Of a stretch of 64,000 nt of DNA, positions 1 through 8,891 are shown piece after piece. The notes beneath the pieces were generated by a model. It worked only from the letters and a program-made list of their open reading frames with translations. It made no database searches and was not told the origin of the DNA. Every line of letters starts with the position of its first letter. The first letter of the stretch is position 1. The position numbers and the translations under genes are program-made. The stretch is from an uncultured Bacilli bacterium (GTDB lineage Bacteria > Bacillota_I > Bacilli_A > RF39 > UBA660), in NCBI GenBank assembly GCA_934096815.1, contig CAKOMY010000001.1:156614-220613 (forward strand), read 5' to 3'.

Positions 1-1278
1 AAATTAGGACTTCTTGTTGTTGATGAGGAACAACGATTTGGTGTTAGTCAAAAAGAAAAAATTAAGGAAATGTGTACAAACATTAATGTACTAACTTTAT
101 CTGCTACGCCTATTCCTAGAACTTTAAAAATGGCAATGAGTGGACTTAGAGATTTATCAATTTTGGATACTGCACCTGTGGATAGATATCCAATTCAAAC
201 TTATGTGGCTCAAGATAATGATTTCTTGGTTAAAGAGGCTATTTATAAAGAGTTAAGTCGAAAGGGACAAGTTTACTACTTATTTAATAATGTTGAAAAG
301 ATAGAAGATGAAGTAAATAAATTACAGGGAATGGTTCCGGAAGCACGTATTTGTTTTGCTCATGGTAAGATGGATAAATCTCATTTGGAAAAGATAATTG
401 ATGATTTTGTTAACTATAAATTTGATATTTTAGTTTGTACGACAATAATTGAAACTGGTATAGATATATCGAACGTTAATACATTGATAATAAAAGATGC
501 TCAAAACTTTGGACTAAGTCAGTTATATCAAATTCGTGGTAGAGTTGGTAGAACAAATAAGATTGCTTATGCTTATTTACTTTATAATAATAGTAAAATT
601 ATAAGTGAAGTTGCTGAAAAGAGATTGAATGCGATTAAAGAGTTTACTGAACTTGGTAGTGGTTATAAAATCGCTATGAGAGATTTATCTATTAGAGGTG
701 CTGGAGATTTACTTGGCAGTGAACAGGCAGGATTCATAGAAACTGTTGGTATTGATTTATTCACTAAGATGGTGGAAGAGGCTGTATCTGAAATAAATGG
801 TAATCCGATTAAAGAAGATGACAGTGATAAATCATTGATTGATGTAAATACTCATATTGATGAGGACTATGTTCAAGATGAAAGTGTAAGAATTGAAATT
901 CATCAATTAATTAATTCGATTTCAGATAAGGAAAGTTTATTAAGAGTTAAAAGTGAATTAGAGGACCGTTTTGGCAAGTTAGATGAAAAGATAATTATTT
1001 ATATGTATGAAGAATGGTTTGAAAAATTAGCTATGAAATTAAACATTAATAAAGTTGTTCAAAATAAAAATTTTGTTGAATTATATATTCCTAGTGATAT
1101 TTCTAATAAAGTTAATGGTGAAAAATTATTTATGGTTTTATATAGTATTAATCCAAAGTTAAGTTTAAGATACTTTAATAAAGAGATAATTATTAAACTT
1201 AATTTAATTAATTTAGATAAGCATTATGTTTATTATTTAGTGCCAGTTTTAGAAGAAATAATTAATGAAATAGAATAA
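1..1278 (+). CDS. mfd: Transcription-repair coupling factor Mfd, C-terminal part (5' end lies upstream of window)
   Basis: The reading frame is open from position 1. LLVVDEEQRFGV is the DExH motif. Helicase C-terminal motifs (QLYQIRGRVGR) and the TRCF C-terminal region are present. Gene order mfd then spoVT-like matches Bacillus. Confidence 0.9.
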   Translation, partial: KLGLLVVDEEQRFGVSQKEKIKEMCTNINVLTLSATPIPRTLKMAMSGLRDLSILDTAPVDRYPIQTYVAQDNDFLVKEAIYKELSRKGQVYYLFNNVEKIEDEVNKLQGMVPEARICFAHGKMDKSHLEKIIDDFVNYKFDILVCTTIIETGIDISNVNTLIIKDAQNFGLSQLYQIRGRVGRTNKIAYAYLLYNNSKIISEVAEKRLNAIKEFTELGSGYKIAMRDLSIRGAGDLLGSEQAGFIETVGIDLFTKMVEEAVSEINGNPIKEDDSDKSLIDVNTHIDEDYVQDESVRIEIHQLINSISDKESLLRVKSELEDRFGKLDEKIIIYMYEEWFEKLAMKLNINKVVQNKNFVELYIPSDISNKVNGEKLFMVLYSINPKLSLRYFNKEIIIKLNLINLDKHYVYYLVPVLEEIINEIE

Positions 1279-1307
1279 AATTTTGAATTTATTGCAAACT
1301 AGTATTA

Positions 1308-1730
1308 GTGGTTTATGTGAATAATGAATATGTAAGAAAAATAGATGAGTTAGGTAGAATTGTTGTGCCTAAAGAATTAAGAAATAATCTTAAAATACAA
1401 GATAATGAGAATGTACTTATAACACAAAGAGATGATAATATTTGTATATCTAAATATTCTTATTTGGAAAATTATAGTAAATTTTTAAATGATATTTGTA
1501 CTCTTTTTAATTTAGTTTATGGCTATGAATTTGTAATTAAAGATAAGGATAATGTTATATATTCTAATTATAAGAATAGTAATAAAACTAGTTTAGATAG
1601 TCCTATTATTGTTAATTCGGTAAATATTGGTGTTATTTCTATTTATGGAGATAATGTTACTTTGACTGATGTGAAACTTATTTCTGGTATAATATCGATT
1701 TATTTTACATATATAAATATTAAAGGATAG
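1308..1730 (+). CDS. SpoVT/AbrB-family transcriptional regulator (AbrB N-domain plus shortened GAF-like C-domain)
   Basis: N-terminal YVRKIDELGRIVVPKELR matches the AbrB/SpoVT swapped-hairpin domain. The C-terminal ~85 aa align loosely to the SpoVT GAF region. It sits directly after mfd as in B. subtilis. The GTG start is uncertain. Confidence 0.65.
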   Translation: MVYVNNEYVRKIDELGRIVVPKELRNNLKIQDNENVLITQRDDNICISKYSYLENYSKFLNDICTLFNLVYGYEFVIKDKDNVIYSNYKNSNKTSLDSPIIVNSVNIGVISIYGDNVTLTDVKLISGIISIYFTYINIKG

Positions 1731-1789
1731 GTAAATGTTTGTGTTTACCTTTTCTTTTGTGTTATTATCTTGTTTAGGGAGATGTTCTT

Positions 1790-2536
1790 ATGTTTACTGA
1801 TACTCATTGTCATATTTTATCTGATAAATTTTATGATCCTATGAATGTGATTAATAATTTAGAAAGAGATAATATTAGGAGAATTATTATTAATGGATTT
1901 AATATTAGATCTAATTGTGAAGTAATGGATTTAATTAATAATAAAAATGTTTATGGAGCACTTGGAATTCATCCTGATAATATATATGATTTTAATGATG
2001 AAGCTAAGGACTTTATTAACGAAAATATTAATAATAAAAAGATAATTGCGATTGGAGAAATTGGATTAGATTATTTTCATAATAAGGAAAATAAAAAGGA
2101 ACAATTAGAAATGCTTGATTATTTTCTAGGGTTGGCTGAAAATAATAATTTGCCGGTGATAATACATTCTAGAGAATCTACTGGAGATTTACTTGATTTA
2201 TTAAAGAAACATAAATGTAAAGGAATAATACATTGTTTTTCTGGAAGTTTGGAAACTGCAAGAGAATATATTAAGCTTGGTTATAAACTTGGAATTGGTG
2301 GTGTTCTAACTTTTAAAAATTGTAATTTAAAAGATGTACTAAAAGAGATAGATTTAAAACATATTTTACTTGAAACAGATAGCCCTTATTTAGCGCCTGT
2401 TCCACTTAGAGGATTACCTAATGAACCGGTAAATCTTAATATAATTGCTGATTATTTATGTACAATTTATAATGTTTCGTTGGAAGAACTTGCAAATATA
2501 CTGGAAGATAATTTTAATGATGTTTTTAATATATAG
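1790..2536 (+). CDS. tatD: TatD-family metal-dependent DNase/hydrolase
   Basis: MFTDTHCHI N-terminal motif, plus the conserved His/Glu/Asp ladder typical of TatD (YabD). Confidence 0.9.
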   Translation: MFTDTHCHILSDKFYDPMNVINNLERDNIRRIIINGFNIRSNCEVMDLINNKNVYGALGIHPDNIYDFNDEAKDFINENINNKKIIAIGEIGLDYFHNKENKKEQLEMLDYFLGLAENNNLPVIIHSRESTGDLLDLLKKHKCKGIIHCFSGSLETAREYIKLGYKLGIGGVLTFKNCNLKDVLKEIDLKHILLETDSPYLAPVPLRGLPNEPVNLNIIADYLCTIYNVSLEELANILEDNFNDVFNI

Positions 2537-2597
2537 TCCTATTTTATGGACTTTTTTTAATTATTTTGTTATTATTTATTTAAGGTAGTGATATAAT

Positions 2598-3131
2598 TTG
2601 AAAAATAGATTTTTAGTAATTTTTGAAATTTACACTTTGATTATTATAGTTCTTTTAGCTTCTAGTGTTTCGACTGGTAAAAAAGAAACTAAAATTGATA
2701 ATGAAAGTATTAATAAAAATATAGATTTAATTGCGAAAGCAAAAAAAGAAGAGGAGTTTATTCAAAATGATATTTATACTCCAATTGATTATTTTAATGG
2801 ATTTTTGACAGGTTATGCTGCTAACTGTCCTTTGTGTGGTGGAACGCTTGGATGTAATGGTCAAAATGTTTTAGATGGTACAATATATTATAATGATGCA
2901 GATTATGGTGAAGTTAGAATTGTTGCATCTTCTAGCAATTTAAAATGTGGTTCAATTGTTCAATTTAATTTAGATACTGTTTCTAATAAACCAATCACGG
3001 CAATTGTGCTTGATAGAGGTGTAACTGGAACTAATTTAGATTTATTAATGGAAAGCGAAGATGCAGCCATTAGATATGTTGGTGGAAGATTAATTTCTTA
3101 TAGTGTACTTAGAAATGGTTATAACAGATAA
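2598..3131 (+). CDS. Secreted 3D/DPBB-domain protein (YabE/RlpA-like, putative cell-wall binding or lytic)
   Basis: TTG start with an AAGGTAGTG RBS. It has a signal/TM segment and a C-terminal region with conserved Asp residues (AIVLDRG). Position between tatD and rsmA matches B. subtilis yabE. Confidence 0.5.
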   Translation: MKNRFLVIFEIYTLIIIVLLASSVSTGKKETKIDNESINKNIDLIAKAKKEEEFIQNDIYTPIDYFNGFLTGYAANCPLCGGTLGCNGQNVLDGTIYYNDADYGEVRIVASSSNLKCGSIVQFNLDTVSNKPITAIVLDRGVTGTNLDLLMESEDAAIRYVGGRLISYSVLRNGYNR

Positions 3132-3147
3132 CTTTTAGGAGGTTTTT

Positions 3148-3924
3148 ATGATTGATCATAAATTTAAAAAACAATATGGTCAAAATTTTTTGATGGACAA
3201 AAATATATTGGATAAGATAAGTAGTAGTATTTGTCCAGGTCAAAATGATTTGATTATTGAAATTGGTCCTGGTAGTGGTAACTTAACTAAAAGGTTAAAA
3301 GAATACAAGGCAAATTTGGTATGTTTTGAAATTGATAAATCTTTAGATAAATATTTGAATTTATTAGAAGATGATAAGACAAAAGTTGTTTATGAAGATT
3401 TTATAAATGTGAATTTGGAAGAATTTGTTAAAAATTATAATTATGAAAATATTTATGTAATAGCTAATATTCCGTATTATATAACTACACCTATAATTGA
3501 AAAAATTACTTTTTCTAATATTAAGGTTAAATCTCTTTTGTTAATGGTTCAAAAAGAGGTTGCTGATAGATTATCAAGTACTAATGGCAGTAGAGAATAT
3601 GGTTATATAACTGTTTTACTAAATGCTTTTTATAATATTAATAAATTATTTAATGTTAATAGAAATTCTTTTTATCCGGTACCTAATGTAGATAGTGCCA
3701 TTATAAAATTAGATAGTAAAGAATGCAATTTATTAGATTTTGAAAAATTTAATAAGTTAATTAAAAATGCTTTTAGATTTAAAAGAAAAACTTTAAAAAA
3801 TAATTTGATTGGTTATGATTTGAATTTAGTTGATTCTTTATTAGGAAAATATGGTTATTCGTTATCAAATAGAGCTGAAGAAATACCAGTTGATGTTTAT
3901 ATAAATGTTGCTAATAAATTGTAA
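3148..3924 (+). CDS. rsmA: 16S rRNA (adenine1518/1519-N6) dimethyltransferase
   Basis: QNFL motif (KKQYGQNFLMD), SAM-binding EIGPGSGNLT and NIPY motif (ANIPYYITT). Confidence 0.92.
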   Translation: MIDHKFKKQYGQNFLMDKNILDKISSSICPGQNDLIIEIGPGSGNLTKRLKEYKANLVCFEIDKSLDKYLNLLEDDKTKVVYEDFINVNLEEFVKNYNYENIYVIANIPYYITTPIIEKITFSNIKVKSLLLMVQKEVADRLSSTNGSREYGYITVLLNAFYNINKLFNVNRNSFYPVPNVDSAIIKLDSKECNLLDFEKFNKLIKNAFRFKRKTLKNNLIGYDLNLVDSLLGKYGYSLSNRAEEIPVDVYINVANKL

Positions 3925-3934
3925 AAATAAAAAA

Positions 3935-4207
3935 TCAGTTTCCTGACTTTTCTTCAAATAAATGTGCTTTATTACGCTTTCTAACTGGCAATACCTTGCT
4001 GGTTTTTTGTGTTGCATCATAAAGTTTCTTTAAATCGGCAATAGATTTATTTACTTGATCAACACTTAGATGTAATTCTTCTGCTTGTTTTACTATTGTG
4101 TAACCTGCTGCACGTGTTTTAACTATATATATTTGTCTTTCGTTTAAATTTCCTTCATCAATAAATGCCTCAACAACAGCTTTTGTCCAAAAAACTTGTT
4201 TAGTCAT
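3935..4207 (-). CDS. Small HTH DNA-binding protein (sigma-70 region-4-like / phage ArpU-like fold)
   Basis: 90 aa. The segment YIVKTRAAGYTIVKQAEELHLSVDQVNKSI looks like a helix-turn-helix. No stronger family assignment is possible from sequence alone. Confidence 0.4.
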   Translation of the reverse strand: MTKQVFWTKAVVEAFIDEGNLNERQIYIVKTRAAGYTIVKQAEELHLSVDQVNKSIADLKKLYDATQKTSKVLPVRKRNKAHLFEEKSGN

Positions 4208-4305
4208 TTAATCACCTAAATTTAATTTTACTATGTAATAAATATTATTTCAATAATTTTAAATAATAGATGGACGAAAACTTTATATTTTAAATACATA
4301 GAATT

Positions 4306-4701
4306 TTAAATAATAGGTTTTTCAATTATATTTAGAAATTCTAAGATTTCTGTATTTTTAAAGGTAATAGCATAGTTTTTATATTTAGTATTTTCTGGAT
4401 TTATTAAATTTAAATCCAGATATTTATCATTTTTTATAAAATAACAATTTATTGTAAAATAATTTTTTATAAAATATAATTTTGGCGGTTTTTCATTTTT
4501 ATAGTAACTTGTTTTTAAATTATTTACTATTTTAGATAATTCATTTTTGCTAAATGACTGTCTATTTACGTGATATTCAAATTCATCATTTTTAATGGTT
4601 ATATCAACATTGCACCATACGTCATTGTTAGTTAATCCTATATCATTATTAGTTACGTTGATTTTCAAATAATATTTTGTATTTTTATAATTTAACATCA
4701 T
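4306..4701 (-). CDS. Hypothetical protein (Asn/Lys/Tyr-rich)
   Basis: A 131-aa ORF with no recognisable motif. It could be coding or a compositional artefact of the AT-rich DNA. Confidence 0.3.
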   Translation of the reverse strand: MMLNYKNTKYYLKINVTNNDIGLTNNDVWCNVDITIKNDEFEYHVNRQSFSKNELSKIVNNLKTSYYKNEKPPKLYFIKNYFTINCYFIKNDKYLDLNLINPENTKYKNYAITFKNTEILEFLNIIEKPII

Positions 4702-4816
4702 TTTATATACTCCTTTTTTAAATTACTTAAATATCATATCAAACTTATTATTTTTATTACTGTAGAAAAAGTGTAATAAAAATAAAAAAGAAAATCCTCT
4801 ATATTGAAGATTTAAT

Positions 4817-5050
4817 TTAAATGATTATGTGTTCATGTGTAGGCTCAACACTGCTTAATGATACTACGTTTTTTGCTTGTAATCCTTTATTAGTTCTTAT
4901 TAATTCAAATTCGACACTTTCTCCTTCAGCTAGTGTTTTATAGCCTTTCATATTAATTGCTGAATAATGGACAAAGATATCCTCTGTATCATTATATTCT
5001 AAGAATCCAAAACCTCTTTCATTATTAAACCACTTAACTCTACTTTTCAT
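4817..5050 (-). CDS. csp: Cold-shock protein (CspA family) with a short C-terminal extension
   Basis: VKWFNNERGFGFL contains the RNP1 motif and FVHYSAI contains RNP2. It has a long 5' leader region, as is typical of csp genes. Confidence 0.9.
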   Translation of the reverse strand: MKSRVKWFNNERGFGFLEYNDTEDIFVHYSAINMKGYKTLAEGESVEFELIRTNKGLQAKNVVSLSSVEPTHEHIII

Positions 5051-5262
5051 ATTTCATTCCTTCCCTTTGTGCTTCAGCACGATATTATTATCTCAAATAT
5101 ACTTTATTTCAACGTGTAAATTTTATTCCAAATTACTGTTTTTTTTCTTTTATAATTATTTTAAAAAAGTGTAATGAATGTGTAACTTAAAAAAATTATC
5201 CTTGCATATAAAGTATATATGTGGTATATTTTAAATTCTGTTTTGTGAAAGGAATGATAGAA

Positions 5263-5757
5263 ATGAAAGAATTTATAATTAATTTAGTAATAATATTTAT
5301 TGTTAAGGTTATAGATAATATTTTAGGAACTAGCAAGACTATTTTAATTCAAAAAAATAAGTCTTTTATTGCGTCTATTATGGTAATTATAAGTCAGATT
5401 ATATTTTATAAATTAATTAATATAGTTGATAGTAACGGTGGAGAATTAATGATTTACGTTATTGCTGTTGCTAGTGGAATTGGTACCTTACTTGCGTTAC
5501 ATATTAGTAATAGATTTTCTAAAGATCGAGTATTTGTTAATATTATACTTAACGATGATAAAAATGTTATGATGGAATTTAGAGATTGGCTTAAAGATAA
5601 TAAGATTACAAATTTAACAACAGATGGATATACAAAAGATTGGAAGAAGACGCTTGCAATAACTGCTTATGCAGAAACAAAGGAACAAAGTAAGTTAATT
5701 GATGAATATATTAAAAATAGTGATGTCAAATTTAAAAGAATAATTGAAAAACAGTAA
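5263..5757 (+). CDS. UPF0316/DUF2179 membrane protein (YebE-like)
   Basis: An N-terminal 3-TM region followed by a DUF2179-like soluble domain, similar in layout to B. subtilis YebE. The start was chosen at the ATG 10 nt after AAAGGAA; ORF-track start 5221 is also possible. Confidence 0.55.
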   Translation: MKEFIINLVIIFIVKVIDNILGTSKTILIQKNKSFIASIMVIISQIIFYKLINIVDSNGGELMIYVIAVASGIGTLLALHISNRFSKDRVFVNIILNDDKNVMMEFRDWLKDNKITNLTTDGYTKDWKKTLAITAYAETKEQSKLIDEYIKNSDVKFKRIIEKQ

Positions 5758-5772
5758 TAAATATTGTATAAT
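5744..5772 (+). promoter_or_regulatory. Sigma-A-type promoter with extended -10 (TTGAAA-N17-TGTATAAT) driving the glyQS leader
   Basis: -35 TTGAAA at 5744-5749, 17-nt spacer, TGnTATAAT at 5765-5772. Confidence 0.55.
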
Positions 5773-5778
5773 TTAAAT

Positions 5779-5900
5779 TGTTAAACGAAGACGGGTTCGG
5801 AAAGCCTATCAGTTATGAAATTAAAAGGGATTCTTATATAAGGATAAATAGAGTGGAACCGCGGGAATTACTCGTCTCTATGCTATATTAGAATTCTTTT
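5779..5900 (+). promoter_or_regulatory. T-box-like leader upstream of glyQS
   Basis: AAAUAGAGUGGAACCGCGGG at about 5846-5865 matches the T-box consensus (AnnnGGGUGGnACCGCGG). glyQS is classically T-box regulated. The leader is short (~120 nt) and I cannot fold a clean terminator. Confidence 0.45.
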
Positions 5901-5916
5901 TTTGTTAGGAGGATTT

Positions 5917-7287
5917 ATGGAAGAAATTACAATGAAAGATATTGTTAACTTATGTAAACAATATGGTTATATTTACCAAGGTAGTGAAATTTATGGAGGT
6001 CTTGCAAATACGTGGGATTATGGTCCATTAGGAAGTGTTTTAAAGGATAATGTTAAAGCAACTTGGAAAAAAAGATTTATTGAGGAAAGAGATAATGCTT
6101 ATCAGGTTGATGCATCAATTTTAATGCATCCTAGAGTTTGGGAAGCTTCTGGTCATGTTCAATCATTTAGTGATCCTTTAATTGATTGTAAGGGGTGTAA
6201 GAGTAGATATAGAGTTGATAATTTAATTGCTGATTATGATTCAAATGTTGATGTTGATGCAATGACTGAACAAGAAATGATGGATTATATTAAATCTAAT
6301 AAAGTTCCATGTCCTAAATGTGGAAAATGTGATTTTACTGATTTAAGAGATTTTAATTTGATGTTTAAGACTAATAGAGGTGTAGTTGTAGATAATCAAA
6401 GTTTAATTTATTTAAGACCTGAAAATGCTCAAGGAGAATATGTTAATTATTTAAATGTTAAGAGAACAAGTAGATGTACATTACCTTTTAGTATAGGTCA
6501 AGTTGGTAAAGCTTTTAGAAATGAGATAACTCCGGGTAATTTTACTTTTAGAACTATTGAATTTGAACAAATGGAGTATCAAACCTTTTGTAATCCGAAA
6601 GATGATCATGATTTATATTTATATTTTAAAGATTATGCAAAAAATTTTTTTGTAGATTTAGGCATTCCAAGTGATATGCTTAGATTTCATGATCATGAAA
6701 AGCTTGCTCATTATGCTAAAGAGGCTTGTGATATTGAATATAAATTCCCATTTGGTTGGGGAGAAATCAATGGTACTCATAACCGAACTAATTATGATTT
6801 GTCTAGACATCAAGAATATAGTGGCGAAAAAATGGAATATGTTGATTCTGTAACTAATGAGAAATTTATTCCTTACATTATTGAATCAACTGTTGGTGCT
6901 GATAGATTAGTTCTTGCATTACTATTTAATGGTTATAAGAGAGAAACTTTAGAAGATGGTGATGTAAGAGAGGTTATGAGTTTACATCCTGCTATTGCTC
7001 CTTATAAAGTTGCTGTGTTACCTTTAATTAAAAAATATCATAGTGAAAAAGCTAAAGAAATTTATAAAACTTTAAGAAAAGAATTTAATTGTGATTATGA
7101 TGAAGCCGGTTCTATTGGTAAAAGATATAGAAGAGAAGATATTATGGGTACTCCTTGGTGTTTAACTGTTGATGATAATACTTTAGAAAATGGTGCTGTG
7201 ACTTTAAGAAATAGAGATACTATGGAACAAATTTCTTTAAATGTTGATGAAGTAATTAAATATGTTCAAGAAAGAATAAAATTTTAG
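5917..7287 (+). CDS. glyQS: Glycine--tRNA ligase (dimeric class II GlyRS)
   Basis: AGGAGG RBS at 5906-5911 and ATG at 5917. Class II motifs, an anticodon-binding C-terminus and 457 aa are typical of glyQS. Confidence 0.95.
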   Translation: MEEITMKDIVNLCKQYGYIYQGSEIYGGLANTWDYGPLGSVLKDNVKATWKKRFIEERDNAYQVDASILMHPRVWEASGHVQSFSDPLIDCKGCKSRYRVDNLIADYDSNVDVDAMTEQEMMDYIKSNKVPCPKCGKCDFTDLRDFNLMFKTNRGVVVDNQSLIYLRPENAQGEYVNYLNVKRTSRCTLPFSIGQVGKAFRNEITPGNFTFRTIEFEQMEYQTFCNPKDDHDLYLYFKDYAKNFFVDLGIPSDMLRFHDHEKLAHYAKEACDIEYKFPFGWGEINGTHNRTNYDLSRHQEYSGEKMEYVDSVTNEKFIPYIIESTVGADRLVLALLFNGYKRETLEDGDVREVMSLHPAIAPYKVAVLPLIKKYHSEKAKEIYKTLRKEFNCDYDEAGSIGKRYRREDIMGTPWCLTVDDNTLENGAVTLRNRDTMEQISLNVDEVIKYVQERIKF

Positions 7288-7292
7288 GAATT

Positions 7293-7317
7293 AAGACCAG
7301 AAATGGTCTTTTTTTTA
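7293..7317 (+). terminator. Rho-independent terminator of glyQS
   Basis: AAGACCA-GAAA-TGGTCTT stem followed by T7. Confidence 0.8.
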
Positions 7318-7337
7318 AATTTAAAATTATTAATCAT

Positions 7338-7382
7338 GGTTTCGTGCAAAAACATGCAAAATTATTTTTGGTTTCGTGCAAA
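7338..7382. repeat. Two direct copies of GGTTTCGTGCAAA, 32 nt apart
   Basis: Exact 13-mer at 7338-7350 and 7370-7382, plus a partial copy CATGCAAA between them. They lie between the convergent glyQS and mscS genes. Confidence 0.6.
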
Positions 7383-7413
7383 TCAGTTGATTTTTATGAA
7401 AATTATGACATAT

Positions 7414-7449
7414 AAAAAACTGATAATAAATATTTATAATATCAGTTTT
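7414..7449 (-). terminator. Terminator of mscS (hairpin is bidirectional)
   Basis: AAAACTGATA / TATCAGTTTT perfect 10-bp inverted repeat flanked by A and T runs, immediately after the mscS stop. Confidence 0.7.
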
Positions 7450-7452
7450 ATA

Positions 7453-8247
7453 TTATTTTTGATGTATATCTAATTGTGGATAAGGTATTTCAATATGATT
7501 TTTATCAAACGCTGATTTAATATTTTCCATAAAATACCATTTTGCATTCCAATAATCATTTGTATTTACCCAAACTTTAACAGTATAAATTAATGAACTA
7601 TCACTCATTTGATTAAGAGCAATAATTACATTTTCCTTATCGATGACATAATCTGACTTTTCTATAATATCAGAAATTACTTTTTTTACTTTTTTAATAT
7701 CGTCATTATATGAAGTTGAAAATTCTAAATCTAATCTTCTTTTTTCATTAGCGGTATAATTTGTAATTGAACTATTTGATAAACTTCCGTTTGGTACTTC
7801 AATTAATTTATTATCTGGTGTTTGTAGTGTAGTATAGAATATATTTATACTTTTAACTGTTCCTTCATTATTTAATACTTCAATATAATCACCTTGTTTA
7901 AATGGTTTAAATATTATTAGCATTATTCCACCAGCAAAGTTTGACAAACCACCTTGAAGTGCTAGGCCTACTGCTATTCCACAAGAACCTAATATTGTAA
8001 AAAATGTTGTTGTCGGTATACCTATAATTGATGCTGCAATAACAAATATTGTAGATTTAATGATTACATTAATAATGTTTATTATAAAGTTTTTTGCAGT
8101 AGGTTCTAGTTTTAATAATTTATCTTTTTTAAGATGCTTAATATATAAATTTGTTAATTTAAATCCTATGTACATGAATATGATTGCTATTAAAAGATAA
8201 ATGCTTTTATCATATATTTTTTCTAATATTTCTTGTAATTTTTCCAT
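7453..8247 (-). CDS. mscS: Small-conductance mechanosensitive channel (MscS family)
   Basis: N-terminal TM helices, the conserved MscS pore helix region (GSCGIAVGLALQG) and a beta-domain. Confidence 0.85.
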   Translation of the reverse strand: MEKLQEILEKIYDKSIYLLIAIIFMYIGFKLTNLYIKHLKKDKLLKLEPTAKNFIINIINVIIKSTIFVIAASIIGIPTTTFFTILGSCGIAVGLALQGGLSNFAGGIMLIIFKPFKQGDYIEVLNNEGTVKSINIFYTTLQTPDNKLIEVPNGSLSNSSITNYTANEKRRLDLEFSTSYNDDIKKVKKVISDIIEKSDYVIDKENVIIALNQMSDSSLIYTVKVWVNTNDYWNAKWYFMENIKSAFDKNHIEIPYPQLDIHQK

Positions 8248-8371
8248 TTTTGATACTTCCTTTACAAATACTATTTTATCATATATTTAAATTATATTAA
8301 TAAAAAAATTACACAATATATAAATAGGTGATATTATTTTATATTTTATTTATATTTTTCTTTTATTTTCT

Positions 8372-8845
8372 ATGTTAGGTTATGTTTGGGAGGTGTTTTT
8401 GTATTTTATTAAATGTCATAGATTTATTAATAAAGGACAATTACATGGACCATGGCTACCTGTTTATGGATTTGGTGGTTTGGTAATTTGTTATTTTATT
8501 AGAAATATTACTAATAATGTTTTGTTATTGTTTTTTATAAATTTAATAGTTTGTGGCATAGTCGAATATTTTGTTTCTTTTTTAGAAGAAAAAATATGGA
8601 ATAATAGATGGTGGGATTATTCTAAAAAATTATTTAATATTAATGGACGAGTTTGTTTAGTAAGTTTATTGTTTTTTGGACTAATGGGTACTATTATTTG
8701 TTTATGGGGCAATTCTTTAATAAACTCAATTTTTTTAAATATAGATTTAACTATTGTTCTAATTTTAGGTGTTGTTTATTATGATGATTTTATTTATTCA
8801 CTTTATATACCAAATTATGGTAAATATATTTCTTTTTATTATTAA
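8372..8845 (+). CDS. Polytopic membrane protein (DUF1113 / putative ABC-transporter type IV family)
   Basis: Four predicted TM helices and a GPWLPVYGFGG motif. Family assignment is from memory. Confidence 0.4.
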   Translation: MLGYVWEVFLYFIKCHRFINKGQLHGPWLPVYGFGGLVICYFIRNITNNVLLLFFINLIVCGIVEYFVSFLEEKIWNNRWWDYSKKLFNINGRVCLVSLLFFGLMGTIICLWGNSLINSIFLNIDLTIVLILGVVYYDDFIYSLYIPNYGKYISFYY

Positions 8846-8891
8846 TTTTTTGATATTTCATGTTATGATTATTTTGGAGATGATAAAAATT

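Noticed and set aside
6671-6853. Short ORFs nested inside or antisense to strong genes. They are 6671-6853, 11925-12110, 17799-18068, 19674-19916, 20200-20419, 23640-23825, 27539-27721, 45714-45914, 47575-47790, 50760-51215, 56985-57230 and 59898-60119.
   Set aside because: Each overlaps a longer ORF with clear homology or a better RBS, and all are low-complexity products of AT-rich DNA. They are treated as non-coding.
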